Of a stretch of 64,000 nt of DNA, positions 26,265 to 39,200 are shown piece by piece. The DNA lies in contig OZ281496.1 of assembly GCA_965637545.1 (NCBI GenBank), positions 28,334,001 to 28,398,000 of the forward strand, given 5' to 3'. A program made the translations under genes and the position numbers. This DNA comes from Phallusia mammillata. Taxonomy: Eukaryota. The notes below the pieces were generated by a model, which saw only the letters and a list, made by a program, of their open reading frames with translations, had not been told where the DNA came from and did not search any database. How positions within the stretch are numbered: position 1 is the stretch's first letter; every line of letters starts with the position of its first letter.

Positions 26265-29200
26265 TCAAGGTATCTGCTCATCGTTGTCGGACAGCGCAGG
26301 CTGTACTTTGTGTATCGTCTCTGTGGCTTTAATCGTCGATACAAAATCCCTTAACATCTTAGCCGTTGCCGTAGATGTCGTTGGGGCAGAAGTCCTCCCG
26401 AAATCAACCAAACTTGAGCGTTCACTATTGCCACCAAGTGACAATGCATCGTTCGATATCTTGTCACTGGCGGCCGACATTTCTTCGTCACTCATTGTAA
26501 CGATATCGGTTGAGTTAAATGAGTCGCTTCGCGCACTGCTGGTACTGGTTGAGCCGCTGGCCAATCCACTGTCGTTAGTAGACGCTCTTTTGCGCAGTTC
26601 TTCGGTTAATGAGGTTTTGTATTCGTCCCTGCAAGTATAGATAACATGAAGAAGTATTTAGGGATTTGACACATTCTTGTGTGTCCAGCACACGTTAGGA
26701 TTTGTGTATGCAGGGAATTCTAAAACCTATATTGAGATTTATTAGGTTATAATTCACTTAAAACGTGAATAGGCAACGGCACACAATCAAACATTGGAAA
26801 TATGCAACAAAACTGAAAAAAAGAAAAAAAGGCAGTAGCCAGGGGTTACTTGTCAAATTTGAAACCAGAATTGCTTCGTCGTAACTCGATATATTGAACT
26901 GGTAGCAAAATGTAGTGTAGCAACTTTGAGTGAAAATCATTTCGTTTAAACTCATACCTCGATAATCTTAATTACACTAAATTCATCCCCGTTATAGACT
27001 TGATTGACAATGCCATTTTTGCGTTTTCTCTTGTTTTAAGTTTTTTTTAATGTAAACCAGTGGTTTCCAACTGGGAAGGGATTTTAAAACTGAAGGGGAG
27101 AAATTTACTTTACTTCCGACATGTGGTTTGTAAATAGAGAACTATTGGAACACCATTGAGGAATGAGAGTGTTTTAAATTGTTAAGTGAGGAATTCGTCG
27201 ATAAAGGTTGCGAACAACTGATGTAAACCATTTAGTAAAATGTAAAATGTAACTTACTGGTGTGCGATAATGTAGACACCGATAAATGAAAGAATGCAGC
27301 CGAACAGAAACATAAAAACGCGATCGAAAGCAACGCCGTTAAATTCCTTGTAGAACATAGCACCGGCTAATATTGCACTGACTGTAAAGAAAATGAAGTT
27401 CACGGGCACCACGTCAGATACGTCGTACAGTTGCATAGCCTGGAAAAAACGAAAATTGTACACTTTGTAGATAACACGTTTGTACTAGGGGTATTGTAAG
27501 CCAGTGTTTTTCAACTCTGAGTCCGAACACTGATATCAGTCCGTAGCCATTTCACCACACACAAAAACGATAATGTATTCATTATTGTACAGTTTTAATG
27601 TCCTAATGGTAAATGCTGGGATAAAAGTAGTCTTAGATACCTAAGGGGTTGAGAAGCGCGGTTCTTAGCTGTGCCAAAGAAAACGCGATAGTGGTGTATG
27701 CGATACCAGTTTTCGGTAATCCGTCTTCCTGTGCCCATGCTATTATGTTACAAAGTTTCTTTTGTACATATGCACACTAGTTGGATTTTCCTCTTTCACC
27801 TCAGCCCTCCACAGCGTCAAAAACCTTAAAAAGAGCCTCACCAAACCGCAGCGCCTAAACCTTTTCAGTAACATACACCTCAACGCGTTGTATGGAATTA
27901 GGTGGGCAGTATTCACTTTAGTAACACAATGGAATGTATTTCTTTATTTTAGATTAAATTTGCGGACGTTTCATTTCCTAAATATTAATATTGCGGATGT
28001 ATTACTTCCCAATATTTCTTATACCTAAGGAAGCTTGTGTCACCTGGGCATTTACATTGCATGTTAAATTTTCTACTCATGGTTTACTTCACGCTTTGCG
28101 AAAGGCTTTGGTTTGGAGTAACGTTTGTGGTGATGCCCCTTGTAGCCTCAAAGGTGCCTTTCGTGTGGCACGATTGCAGCGGTTTGATGCCAGAACTTTA
28201 AGCTCACGACGCGTCGCTGCATTTCAAATGACCCTTCCATTATACCACGTTTTTTCCATATTTTTTCTGGTGCTTGGAGGACTTTGCTCTCTGATAATTA
28301 GCATATGCCAGAGAAGTCAGCCATAACTAACAGAACTTGAACATCAACGCGTAATGCTTTCAATGATCTGTAGTGATGTTGTATAGGAAGATTGGGTATG
28401 GCCGGGCATTTGATTTAAGACAACAGCGATTGTTGAAACATCTATATTACTATGTATTCCCTATACACAAGCCCTCTGGTACTTTTGTTCTGAATTCATA
28501 AATCTCACCAGCGCAGGGTTTGTATAATAGCCACACTGTATGTCTGTTGCATTAGGACTAAGTTTAGACCTGTTGGTAAAGTTTGTTTTGCTTTAAGCGC
28601 AAAAATAAGGCTTAGGCAATGCGTTACAAACGTCTACTCCAGCGGTTCAAGGAAAACGCCATCAGTCAATGCTTTACACTCCATGCCGATAGCTTCCTAC
28701 TGCCTAACACGCTTTACGAAGATCTTTTACAAATATCTTGACTTGTGCTTTTAACGTAGAAACAAGTTGGCGTTAGCCTTCGATGTTAAAACAATGACGT
28801 AAGTTGTTCACGATGCATTTAAGATAAATGTCCGGTGGTGTTGTGCACTTAAAATTCTGCTTTTCGGAGGGTGGTATGTTTATTTTTAACCCCAATTAGC
28901 CCCTAAAACAGTTCGCTACTGTAAATTGTTCAATTTTTATACTGGATGCTTCACTTTGAAAACCCCTTAATGTTCCCACAAGTTCATTTTTCGCTCAGTC
29001 ATAGCCACAAAACGGCTTACAAAATTTACTTACCCTATTTAAATATTTGATTTGAGTTCCCGTGGTGATAGGTAAGATAATGAGACAAACCCAAAAGACA
29101 GCGTTAAGAATCTCCTGCTTGCCCTGAAATATCGACTCCGAAATGAGACTTGAAAGCGCTTTGGACGCAATCACAGTTATTGAGGCGATTATTCCAACCA

Positions 29201-31898
29201 GCATGAGAAGTATTACCAAGTGTTCATTGCCGCGAACGTACCTGTGACAAAAATAGTGTTTGGTTAGACGGGAAGTTTTTCGGAAGTTTTACATGTTTCT
29301 TTGATTGGTTGCTCGTTATTTATGTATTTTTGTTGGTGTTGGCAGAACAAAAGGGACTATACGATTGGTCAAACGGTCATGTTTCTCCGAGCGCATTTAA
29401 TTGTGGATCCTGAAAGAAAGTATTTGTATAAATTGTATTGTTCCTATGATAGTAACGTCGCAACGTAATTGTGTGTTAATCAGGTCGTTTTAGATCACAC
29501 TCCTAATTAATAGTGTGTAATTTGAGTTGAATACATGATAAAAGTACTTATTGTTTATACTTGTCATCTCGGCAGGTACATTACATTAACATAAACATTC
29601 TGTAATTATTTTTAGCCTGTGTATCGTTTTTTTTTGCATATGAGTTTAACGTAATTGTTTTTCATAAAAGTTGCAAACATCTGACGGAACAGCAAACCAC
29701 TTTCCTTGGAGATTCGCGTAATAGTCAGGATGTTGACGCTGTTTACGTATACATTGCTTTACCTCAATACTTCTTTAAAAGCGTTAAACGCAACTTCACA
29801 CGCATGGTATCCCCGGTGCCGCTACCGTGCGCTTATGTACTGCAGTTTCCGTAGTGATTTATTGTCACCGCGATTCGGTTACCAGTCCTAACAGCAAGCT
29901 ACGGGACCTATATAGGTGATGACGCATCGGGGACGGTACGACGCACGGCGTTTCCTGTCAGGAGCGATCCGCTGCGCTAACACTCGAATATACACAATAG
30001 GTTGAACTGATATGTCATTATTCGAGAACACTTATTTGTTATACATATTTTTAACTCTATAACAGTAAGGTAATTGTTTTGTACAGGCAACAAACTGCTG
30101 CACATGTGTAAGTTGTATAATGCAAGCAACGTCAATCCCCTTTCTTCGGCTCGTTTTAGCACTTTTTAAAGAATTTTTTTTATAATACAGTTGTTAAGCT
30201 TCGTGTACATTTGGAGTAATGGAAACAGCAATAAACCCCTTTTTGGCCTATTTGTTTACTATTTCATGATAGTACTTTGTTTGGTACAGGCCATAACGCA
30301 CATTGAAACGTTGTGCAATTCGCACAGCTAGAACCCTTTTCTTTGTTTGCTAGTCTTCCTGTGGCTGTTTAAATATCGACAACCATCTACTTGTACAATT
30401 AGTGTAAACCGCGTGTACAGCACAGCCTTGTCCAACCTTATGTTTTTTTCTGAAGTTTTTCCAGCGCTTCACACTATCCGTCGTACTGCAAGCGTAACAA
30501 TAACGTAAACACGGAACTCACTTGAAATAGAGTAAAATCGCCAGCACGACGGCTTCGATACCGACATAGAGAAGAAATGTCCAAGCTCCTAAATACTCCA
30601 CGATCTGTCCCGCCGATAACGGGGGCTTTCCCTTGACCGAGAAGCTCACCAGTGTTATGGAGCCGACCTAAAGAATATAAAACTCAGATTACAACTACCA
30701 ATGGCGTCAAATGTAGTTGACTACAAACAGTGTTAAGAAACGTTGGCTAGTTACAAAGTAGTTCCAGTAATGGAGCGTCAAAATTAAAGGGAGGTTGTTG
30801 TGCACGAAAGCGGTTAGGGTTAACTGCAATCAGTGTTTAATGACAACTTTACGAACCACGACGCTTAAAATGACAAAAATGCAACAACAGGCATACACCC
30901 TGGTACAGACTTGTCTTTCCAACTTCTGTGTTTAACATAAAGCGAGTATTCCTACAATTTTGCGATTTCAGAATGATATAATAATGATATAATAATGTTT
31001 AATAATGACTTTGGTCAAATGCTATAGCTTAGTTTTGCCTCAATAAAATTAAAAACATCCGGGGGGGGGGGGGGGGGGGGGCGTCTGAATAATTGCCGAA
31101 CACTTACTATCACTAACGTGACGCCCATAAGACTAGGCATGGTGAGAGGCTCTCGCAGAAAAACAACAGCAATAAAAGCGTTCGCCAGCACCGCCACACT
31201 TCCAAGAGGGGCTACCAGAGATGCTGGAGCGAAACCATAAGCCATAAAGTTCCCCAGTTCGCCAAGAACCATCAAAAACATTCCCAGCCACCACCATTTG
31301 TCCAGACAATACCTCCAATGACTGTCTTGTCCTAACCTGTAATGAAAAGAGTACATGTTGTAAAGATTGACTTATTTAAAAAAAAAATTGCGATGACAAA
31401 ATGCATCATTAGCGGACCAAGCGCCAAAAGCTGCGTTTCGATATGACGTAATGGATGTTACGTCACAGGAAAAGTTTCTAAAGCTGAACGAAACTATGGG
31501 ACTTTATTGGACTTAGGTTTTACCCTTGTACATTTTCTTGTAGTTTTTCAATGCTTATTTTAAAGGATGTGTCTACTTTTTACTGGCCCTCAAAAAACGA
31601 AAATCGTAACAAACTCAGTGGCATACTGGTTGGATTAAAACGAGAATGTTACCAACATTTACACAAACGCTAACCTGTTATGTGCTTTCTTCTGTACACT
31701 GAGTGATATACTGATAAGCAAATTCCCACCAATGGCGAGAGACATCCCAATAAGGTGGCGTTGATTCCATTTCGCACCAGTCATGGTCGAGTTCGTCACA
31801 TTCAGCGTTGTCTGATTGTCAAAGCTCGGCAGATGCACGTTTGCTAAAGCGGCATGGATCACCGAAGCAGTTAAGTTTGTCCAGTTACCGGCTACCAT
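26265..31898 (-). CDS. NIPAL2: NIPA-family magnesium transporter, NIPAL2/NIPAL3-like, 450 aa. Exons 31898-31675, 31336-31108, 30667-30522, 29241-29034, 27439-27258, 26628-26265
   Basis: Motifs HLIGMSLAIGGNLLISISLSVQK, WWWLGMFLMVLGELGNFMAYGFAPASLVAPLG, ASITVIASKALS, YLNRAMQLYDVSDVVPVNFIFFT and FYKEF. Splice phases match and the total is 1353 nt. NIPAL2 versus NIPAL3 is not resolved. Confidence 0.9.
27058..27220. mobile_element. Short hAT-type MITE, 163 bp, in the last NIPAL intron
   Basis: Ends CAGTGGTTTCCAAC and GTTGCGAACAACTG; identical 8-bp flanks ATGTAAAC (27050-27057, 27221-27228). Confidence 0.75.
31061..31081. repeat. Poly-G tract, 21 nt, intronic
   Basis: Direct reading of the sequence. 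Confidence 0.95.
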
Positions 31899-34055
31899 GT
31901 TGATTGTTGTGATATTTGTTGCTTCCTTGAAATCACCTCATTGTCGATTGGGTGACGGTTAGGTAAATATCAAATACAAAACTACACCTGTTTACTAAAA
32001 GCTATACAGTACCTAAAATATGAGAGTTGGCAATTTAGTTAAGTCTGCCTATGTTTAAGTTGTTTTCTGCATTAAATGTCCTTTAAACAAACATTTCAAC
32101 CACGTTAAGGTCCTATTCTTAAAGCTGTTGGTGGCTTTAATAAAATCTTAAAGCTACTACAAAGTCTTATATACCTGCCTACGCCTAATCCTGGTTTGTA
32201 ACGCTCAGTGGAACCGTTAATAAGGAAGCCGTTACACAACAAACCTCTTCCTTATCGAAAAATCCTTAACTCATAACAGCCTTACCATAACGCTCAATTG
32301 GATTTTCCCCACGCAAAAACGTCAGAAGGCCTGAAATATGAACGTCAGTTCTCTCCGTTTTACGGGTAACACGAATACAAATCGGCGCAATCAAAAATCG
32401 ATACTAAAAGACTCGTTAATCGACTTAACCTCCCGCGAAACAGATGCTTCTTCGATCGCGGTTCGTTTGGGGGATTCGAAATGTTTTCTAGTATCGCTAA
32501 TTCGATGTCCCATGCTCTTTAATGTCGGCAACCTTAGTTCCAGTTAAAAAGCGCACAATTTATATTTTATCTTGATTGTCACGCCTGTTTACTTCTTGCG
32601 CAATAGTCTCATAATATACTTGTAATTTACATTAAAAAATTACATAACAAATGCGAAATAATAAGCCAAACGTTTACATCAATTGTGCCCTTCACTTTTT
32701 GTACTTTATAACATTCGAACTTAAACGCCTATGTGTATCTCATTTAGTTAAGAAACTTACCTTAACTTGACTCACCCACTATAACTAGGTGCAGTACTTA
32801 ACTTTACTTAACCCTTAACAACTAGACATTTACCAACTGACTGCTGGGTACTTTTTTAGCTCAAACACTTAAATCCGAGCATATGGCACGACACTGTTTT
32901 AACAACAACGTATGGACAGGTCTTACTGAACAATGATAACAATACCTGTTGAATATACGGATCATCGTGTAACCGGTATGACGCCCGCTATTTTCATCAG
33001 CTCGGTTAGTGTTACACAAGCACGAAGCCGACAGAATCCCACAGCAGCTCGCGCCGCGCACAACTTTGTAAAGCAGGATACTATCAATAACGCTTGCTGC
33101 TGGCTGCATTTCCTCATGCCGCTAAAGTAAGGGCTTGTGTCGGCTGTTGTTACTTGATTCCAGGCACAAACTAGTCTGACTCGGCTTAAAAGCCATTAAC
33201 ACATGAAGTAGATGTATTATATACAGGAGCTTAACTGACAAAACCCGAAAAGTTTGCTAGTAGTTGTTCGTCCGTCTAACGTATGTGATTTTGTTTAAGG
33301 TCATGCACTTGCAAAAGGTCATATGCTAGTTTTACATCTAAAATTTTCGGAAATTACTGAACAAGGCGTCATTTACCACAACAGCAACGCAGATAAATCA
33401 CAACTTAACACTTGTTTAACCCGCTCTTCAAAATACAAATTAGAATAGTTAAATGACATTGCTGCTTACTACTTAAATCGTTTATCACTCCATTTGTACG
33501 TTATTTCCACCTGTCACTAGCCACAACAATTAACGAACTTACAGTCAACACTAGTTTGTCATTTTCTTCAGTAGGCGTGCGAGTGTGATGACGGTGCTAA
33601 CTTTCCGGCCTAACTTTTAACACAAACAAAACCACAACACATGAAACGCCTCAGACGCATAGAAACTAGACCGGTCCTGAAAACGCCCGGCACGAGGCCA
33701 TCAGCCTTGCATTACTCTAAGCCTACTTTTACATCGGCCGCAAATAGTGATAGGGCACAAGCATTTGCAGCGGCCACATGATTTGGATTTTAACACGTGA
33801 TGGTGCACCCGGCATGTTTACTAGGGTTCGTGCAGCCACAACGCTACAGAATAAAGTTGTTTCCATAGACCTTCGCTCGCTTAGCATAAAGCTCTTAATT
33901 GCTTTCCTACTAGTTCCCGTTAGCGTTGTAAACAATAAACTACGGAAGAGCGCTGTTATTTAAACATCCCTAAAATTTGAATATACTTAGTAGTGAATTG
34001 CCTGGCTGATACAACGGACTTTGTCACATTGTTGAACGATTCCAGGAAAAAGGTT

Positions 34056-35290
34056 GCCCAAAACCGGCTGTACGCTCGTTAGGCGTGGTTCGGTTGCTGG
34101 ACAAAAATTAGCGCACAGAAACCTTGCTACTGATCGCTGACTTCAGCCTGCAAATTTAAGCACCGCACAAGTTCAGCCTGAAACACAGGAAAACCTTTGT
34201 CCTTGCTATTTCATTTCATTTGGGTTCGCCAAGCTAGTGCTCACGATTAACCGATTGGGCTGGTAACTGAATTTTTTTGTTGTTGTTAAATTGAGATTTA
34301 TTGGTCGACCGAAACTTGTCTTTTTGCTGAGGGTACTCGGTGGTGTGTCGTGAAAACCGGATCCAACAAATATTTGCCAAATACGTTACGAACCTAACTT
34401 AAAACATAACCACCAAAGAGCGCAAATAAATATATATTATTGTAACGTTTCAACAAATACTGTTGTTATTATCATGGCAAAAAGGCGGTTTAGTGTGTTT
34501 AGGGTTTGAAAATTACATACAGAGCGAAACAACAGTTTGTTTTAAATCGCCGTTGTCATCATCACTGCAACAATATCGCTGTTATCTATTTCCAAACCCG
34601 GTGTCTGTTATGTGTTTGATCAAGTTATGCCGTGTTTATTGTGCATAAGCTTATTAAACGTTTCTTGGAAAAATATTGCCAAAACCGTTGTCGTTAGGTG
34701 TGGTTTGCTTGTTTCACAGTCAAAGCCCACATAAACCTTGCGACTGATCATTGACTTAAGGTTGTAAATTTATAGGCACCGCACAAGTTTAGCCTAAAAA
34801 GTAGGAAACCTTTGTCTTTGCTATTTTGTTTTGCTTCGCCAAGATAGTCCCAACGATTTAGCGATTTGGCTGGCAACTGATTTTGTTTGTTGTTGTTAAA
34901 TTCAGATTTGGCGGTCGACCGGAACTTGTCATTTTAGGGTACACTTGGCGTGTTGTAAAATCCGTTTGCAATTCGTAATTTGTCAAGAGAACTCACAAAC
35001 CCAATTTAAACACAGCCACTAAAGTGCTGTATTGAGTACTCATCATATAAACGTTTTAACAGACACTGTTGTCGTTACCGGCGAAAATGCGGACGTTTTT
35101 CTTCATGTCTAAGTTCCTTGGCTGTTTTTAAACATTTTATATGTGTGTGGTGTTGAAGGTACATAGAAAGCTAAACAACAATTTGTTTAAATCGCTGTTG
35201 TCATCATCAGTGCAAAAAATGGTTATTATCTATTTTCAAACTTCGTGTCTGTTATGGTTTGATCAACTTATTTCGTATTTGGTGTTTATA
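34056..35290. repeat. Diverged tandem duplication, two units of about 620 bp
   Basis: Shared blocks in the same order in both units: GCACCGCACAAGTT.AGCCT, AAACCTTTGTC.TTGCTATTT, TTCGCCAAG, GGTCGACCG.AACTTGTC, GTTTTAACA, AAATCGC.GTTGTCATCATCA.TGCAA. Unit boundary near 34678. Confidence 0.85.
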
Positions 35291-36224
35291 TAAGTGCAAC
35301 CACATTTTGTGCCAGCAATTGCAGTTGTGGACATTATTTCAAACCGGTATCTCAAATCATATAGTTGATATTAAATCATTCGGGTAATCAGTAGACGTAG
35401 AGAATAGGAAGTATCACCTCGACCGCTTGCACACGTTTCTCACGACGCCACGTCACCACCGCTGGGGAACTGACGTCATCCTGGTCGGAAGCACCCGATT
35501 TTGTTTACAAAAATCGCCTCGCTATTGTCTATCATATAGAGTGTACCAGCACTTTGAGCATCAGAGTGGAGACACCATTGTCTTTTGGTTTCAGATGTAC
35601 AAGGAAAAATTATGATGGACAAAAAAGTTTACAGTTACAGACAGGAGTTAGAAATATGTAGACTACAAAAGTGGATTGTTCCTGAGACTTCAATGTTTCC
35701 TAGTTCGGTGTTTTCAAACGCCAAATTAGCCTCACCATACAGACAGTGCTTCGTCACGTTGCCAAAAATGTTGCAATCATGATCGTCTGTGTCTATGGTT
35801 AAAAAATAAGTTTTTTAGAGCAGTGTTTCTTAGGGCAAGTGTCTAACAGAAATTGAATGTTACTATACGCGAAATATGTTTACAGTTTTGATTTGTGATG
35901 AGTGAATCTTTTTTTGCATTCATGACTGCCTATCTTAAATTTTAACCATTGCTATATTTTGTCTAGCGAAGGACATCGACTGTAAATGTTTAGACTTTGT
36001 CAGCGTAAAGTATTTTAAGCTTTCTTCTAACAATGTTTAATGTATCGAAGCTAGAACATTTGTGTATGTGCATTTTTAATTTGTCATGTACAATTTAAAA
36101 AGTATACAGCTTTCTGTACTTCCTTACATGCCTTTTGAACCTTTTCAGACGAATGCAGCCTTTTTATAGTCTTAGCGGAACAGCTACAAATTAGCTCTTG
36201 ATAGGCTTGCTAATCTTTGCAGCG

Positions 36225-39200
36225 ATGCCAATTGAAATTCATTTCTCGCACAAAAGTGCTATGTTTCGACCAGGAGACTGCGTGACAGGTTATGTAATAG
36301 TCATCTCACAAAGTTCATCACGTTCAGACGGTAAGTTCCAACATTAATCTCTACACCACTGTTGCCAACTTAAACCGTTTAAATTGTGATTAGGTATTGA
36401 ACTGGAATGGAAAGGACGAGTTAATATCATGAACAGAAACAACCAACAAGCCTCTTTTCTTGTCTTTCGTACTGCTCAAGTCCTCAATCATAGTGGTAAA
36501 AGCTTTCGCTACTTGTGCATTTCTTATTCTACTACTATAGGTTGTTCAAACAATAGTTAAGCTCTTTCTGCAGTCCAATTGGTAAATCTGTTGTTCTGAA
36601 GTGATTTACAAAAGAATGAAGACAATGTAACACTTAATTCTTTGGTAATTCAACTAATGTTATTTTTTCATAAATATTCTGTGATATGATCAAGGTTACT
36701 GTGTAAAAGAATGTCGTTTTTTACCATAACTTATTCCTTCTCCTCTGTAATATGACAATATTTAAGTCATTTTAGGTTACCGACAAGATTATCAGGCGTT
36801 TGTCGCATTTTAAACATTATAAAGATACTTTTTAGGCAATTCCTTTTGGAATGTTGGCTTGCCTCTTAAGATCGTGAACGTGATATTATCTGACCATAAC
36901 ACGTAAAGGTTGCACTTTACACGACCTCGTGATCGACATCACGAGTCTTCCATCGTGACATTCTATCATATCAATCACGACTCGTCCATTTGCATTTATT
37001 TTTTGTATTGCGAAAGAGACACGTGTTAGCGTGATAAGCCTAGTGAATACAAGATCTAGGGATATCTGGTTAGCTGTAGTAAACCGGACTTTGTACTCTA
37101 ATATTCATTGACTATTGTTTTGTCAACCTCGAATGTCCCTTAGCTCTACCGAGGAGCTCTCAACCAGGGCTAGAATAATCTCCAAATGATCAAAGTGGCG
37201 TGCTATAGGGCTAACAGAATAAGCAAACGTTTTTTGCAGTATGGAAAGACTACTGCCAATACAGAGTACTCGGACTTTTTCCCAATCCTGTCAGTTACAA
37301 AAGCGTAAAAATGCCAAAGTGTTTACTGTTTATTGCCGCAAGCCCTGTTGCAAATGTCTACATTAAATTATGCTGTAGATTCCGAAGCAGAAGGCAATGA
37401 TCGAGAGATTCGAATCCCTTTCAAACACCGTCTTCCGAATCCGATTCCCCCGTCACATATGGGTGCATCTTCGTACGCCTCAGTGCGTTATTCGGTGAGC
37501 AGTTTGCAAACCTTGCTTTACATAATCCAAATGACAAACCTCTGGTTTAACGGAATTAACACCACAGTGTTGTTTAAAAAAATATGTGTGTAGATGAGTT
37601 TAAAAAAGAGTAATCACTTGGAAACCTGCCGATTTAGGGGTTGGTTTTATACACCCTATATTTACCATTAAAAAAGATCTTATTACCAACTAGTATACTA
37701 AATTATAGACTAAATAATGCTCTTCTGATAAATGTATTTGTTTTTGGCAAATGTTAAATAATACACTTGGCAGAAGAGAATGATTTAGTTTATATATTAT
37801 GCCTGACAGCAACAGTTTTCATTGTGAATTATATACGCCACACTGATTATTTTTCTTGCGTTATTTTTCAGGTAGAAGCGACACTTCGTCGTGAGTGGGA
37901 AGACGGTGTGATCAAATTAAGCACGGAAAAAAGCTTTAGTGTTGTCACTGTGAAAGAAATTATTCCTTCTAACCTGGTAAGACCCAGCTTTGTCCCTTCA
38001 GACCCAGCATCTATTTATTAGTAATCCTACACTGGTTTTTCGGTTTTCATGAGATGGTATTTTCGGTCATTTTTTTTCTTTTCAAGCTCATTTTCATAAT
38101 CAAACACATGTATGTAACAGGGATTGTTCCGACTTTTTCACTTTTTCAAATTCCAAATAGTTGTCAAAAACAAATTTATGACTTAAACATATTTGCCCCT
38201 CTGTTTGTTAGCAGATTTTTTAAAAAAATGTTCCATTTTTAAAATTGTAAATGTTCCATTATTTTTTTACATAAATTTACTTTTTTTACAGAAACAAGTG
38301 AAACTAAATCACCACGTTCGCGCTATGATGTGCTGCTGTTGTCTCTTCCCATCCATAGAAGTTGGACTGGCGATTAACAAACGAGCGTTTTATCCCGGGG
38401 AAGATGTATTAATCCAAATGGCAGTGGTCAATAATAGGTAAGTTAAAATGCTTACAGCAAAATACGTCAATTGGTTAGTTGTTGCGTTCTGAATACTTCC
38501 TTTTCGTAAACTTACGTTTAATAATCATAATGCAACAAAACATTCTGGGTATAGAATTACTACTGCTAATTATTTCTTTACTTCCATTTCTTTTAACCAA
38601 GTATCAATTGCTATGTACTTTCGAGGAAGTCATCAAGGCAAAATAAAATGGCACTATTAAGTTAAAGGTGCTTAAAAGTACTGACCAAGTGAGCAGATGT
38701 AGTCAAACATTCTCCTGGATAATACGATCCAAGTAATACCCCAAGCGAAATGCGCCGCAAAAGATTACCATGTGTGCCGCGAAATATTTGCCATCTCAAA
38801 GTGCGAATACTCTCTGGCGTGTTAGAACTTGTTATTGTGCATAAAAATCAATCTAACTAATCAAAATAAGAATGAACCTTCTTCCAACATGATTTGTTAA
38901 TTAGCCTACAAACTTTGTCACGGAATAAATGTTTAGTAAGTTAATGCGGCGCAAGCTGGAAAAGTTTGATAACAACTAGTATATAGTGTGTCTACTATTG
39001 TAGTAGTAAAGTATCATTTTAACCCAAAACTATTGTGTTAGTGGTAGCGAAATTGTTGGAGTCAATCTCAAACTGCTGCAGTTGGTCTCCATTGTATGCA
39101 ACGCTGGTTACTCTTACCAGCGTTCAGTCGTCCAAGAACTTAACCTACATCAAATTGTTATTCCATCTAACCGTAGCCCATACTCAATGCCGATGAAGAA

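Noticed and set aside
26284-26640. Hydrophobic-looking + strand ORF
   Set aside because: Antisense shadow of the last NIPAL exon.
27502-27532. 31-bp CAGTGTT...AACACTG hAT-like relic
   Set aside because: Too short and no TSD.
29916-30010. C/D snoRNA-like boxes (GTGATGA ... CTGA)
   Set aside because: Antisense to the host NIPAL intron, no convincing terminal stem and no recognised rRNA guide.
33585-33680. Second C/D-like box pair with a weak GGCGT/ACGCC stem
   Set aside because: No recognisable guide or host intron, and such box pairs arise by chance. snoScan or snoReport would settle it.
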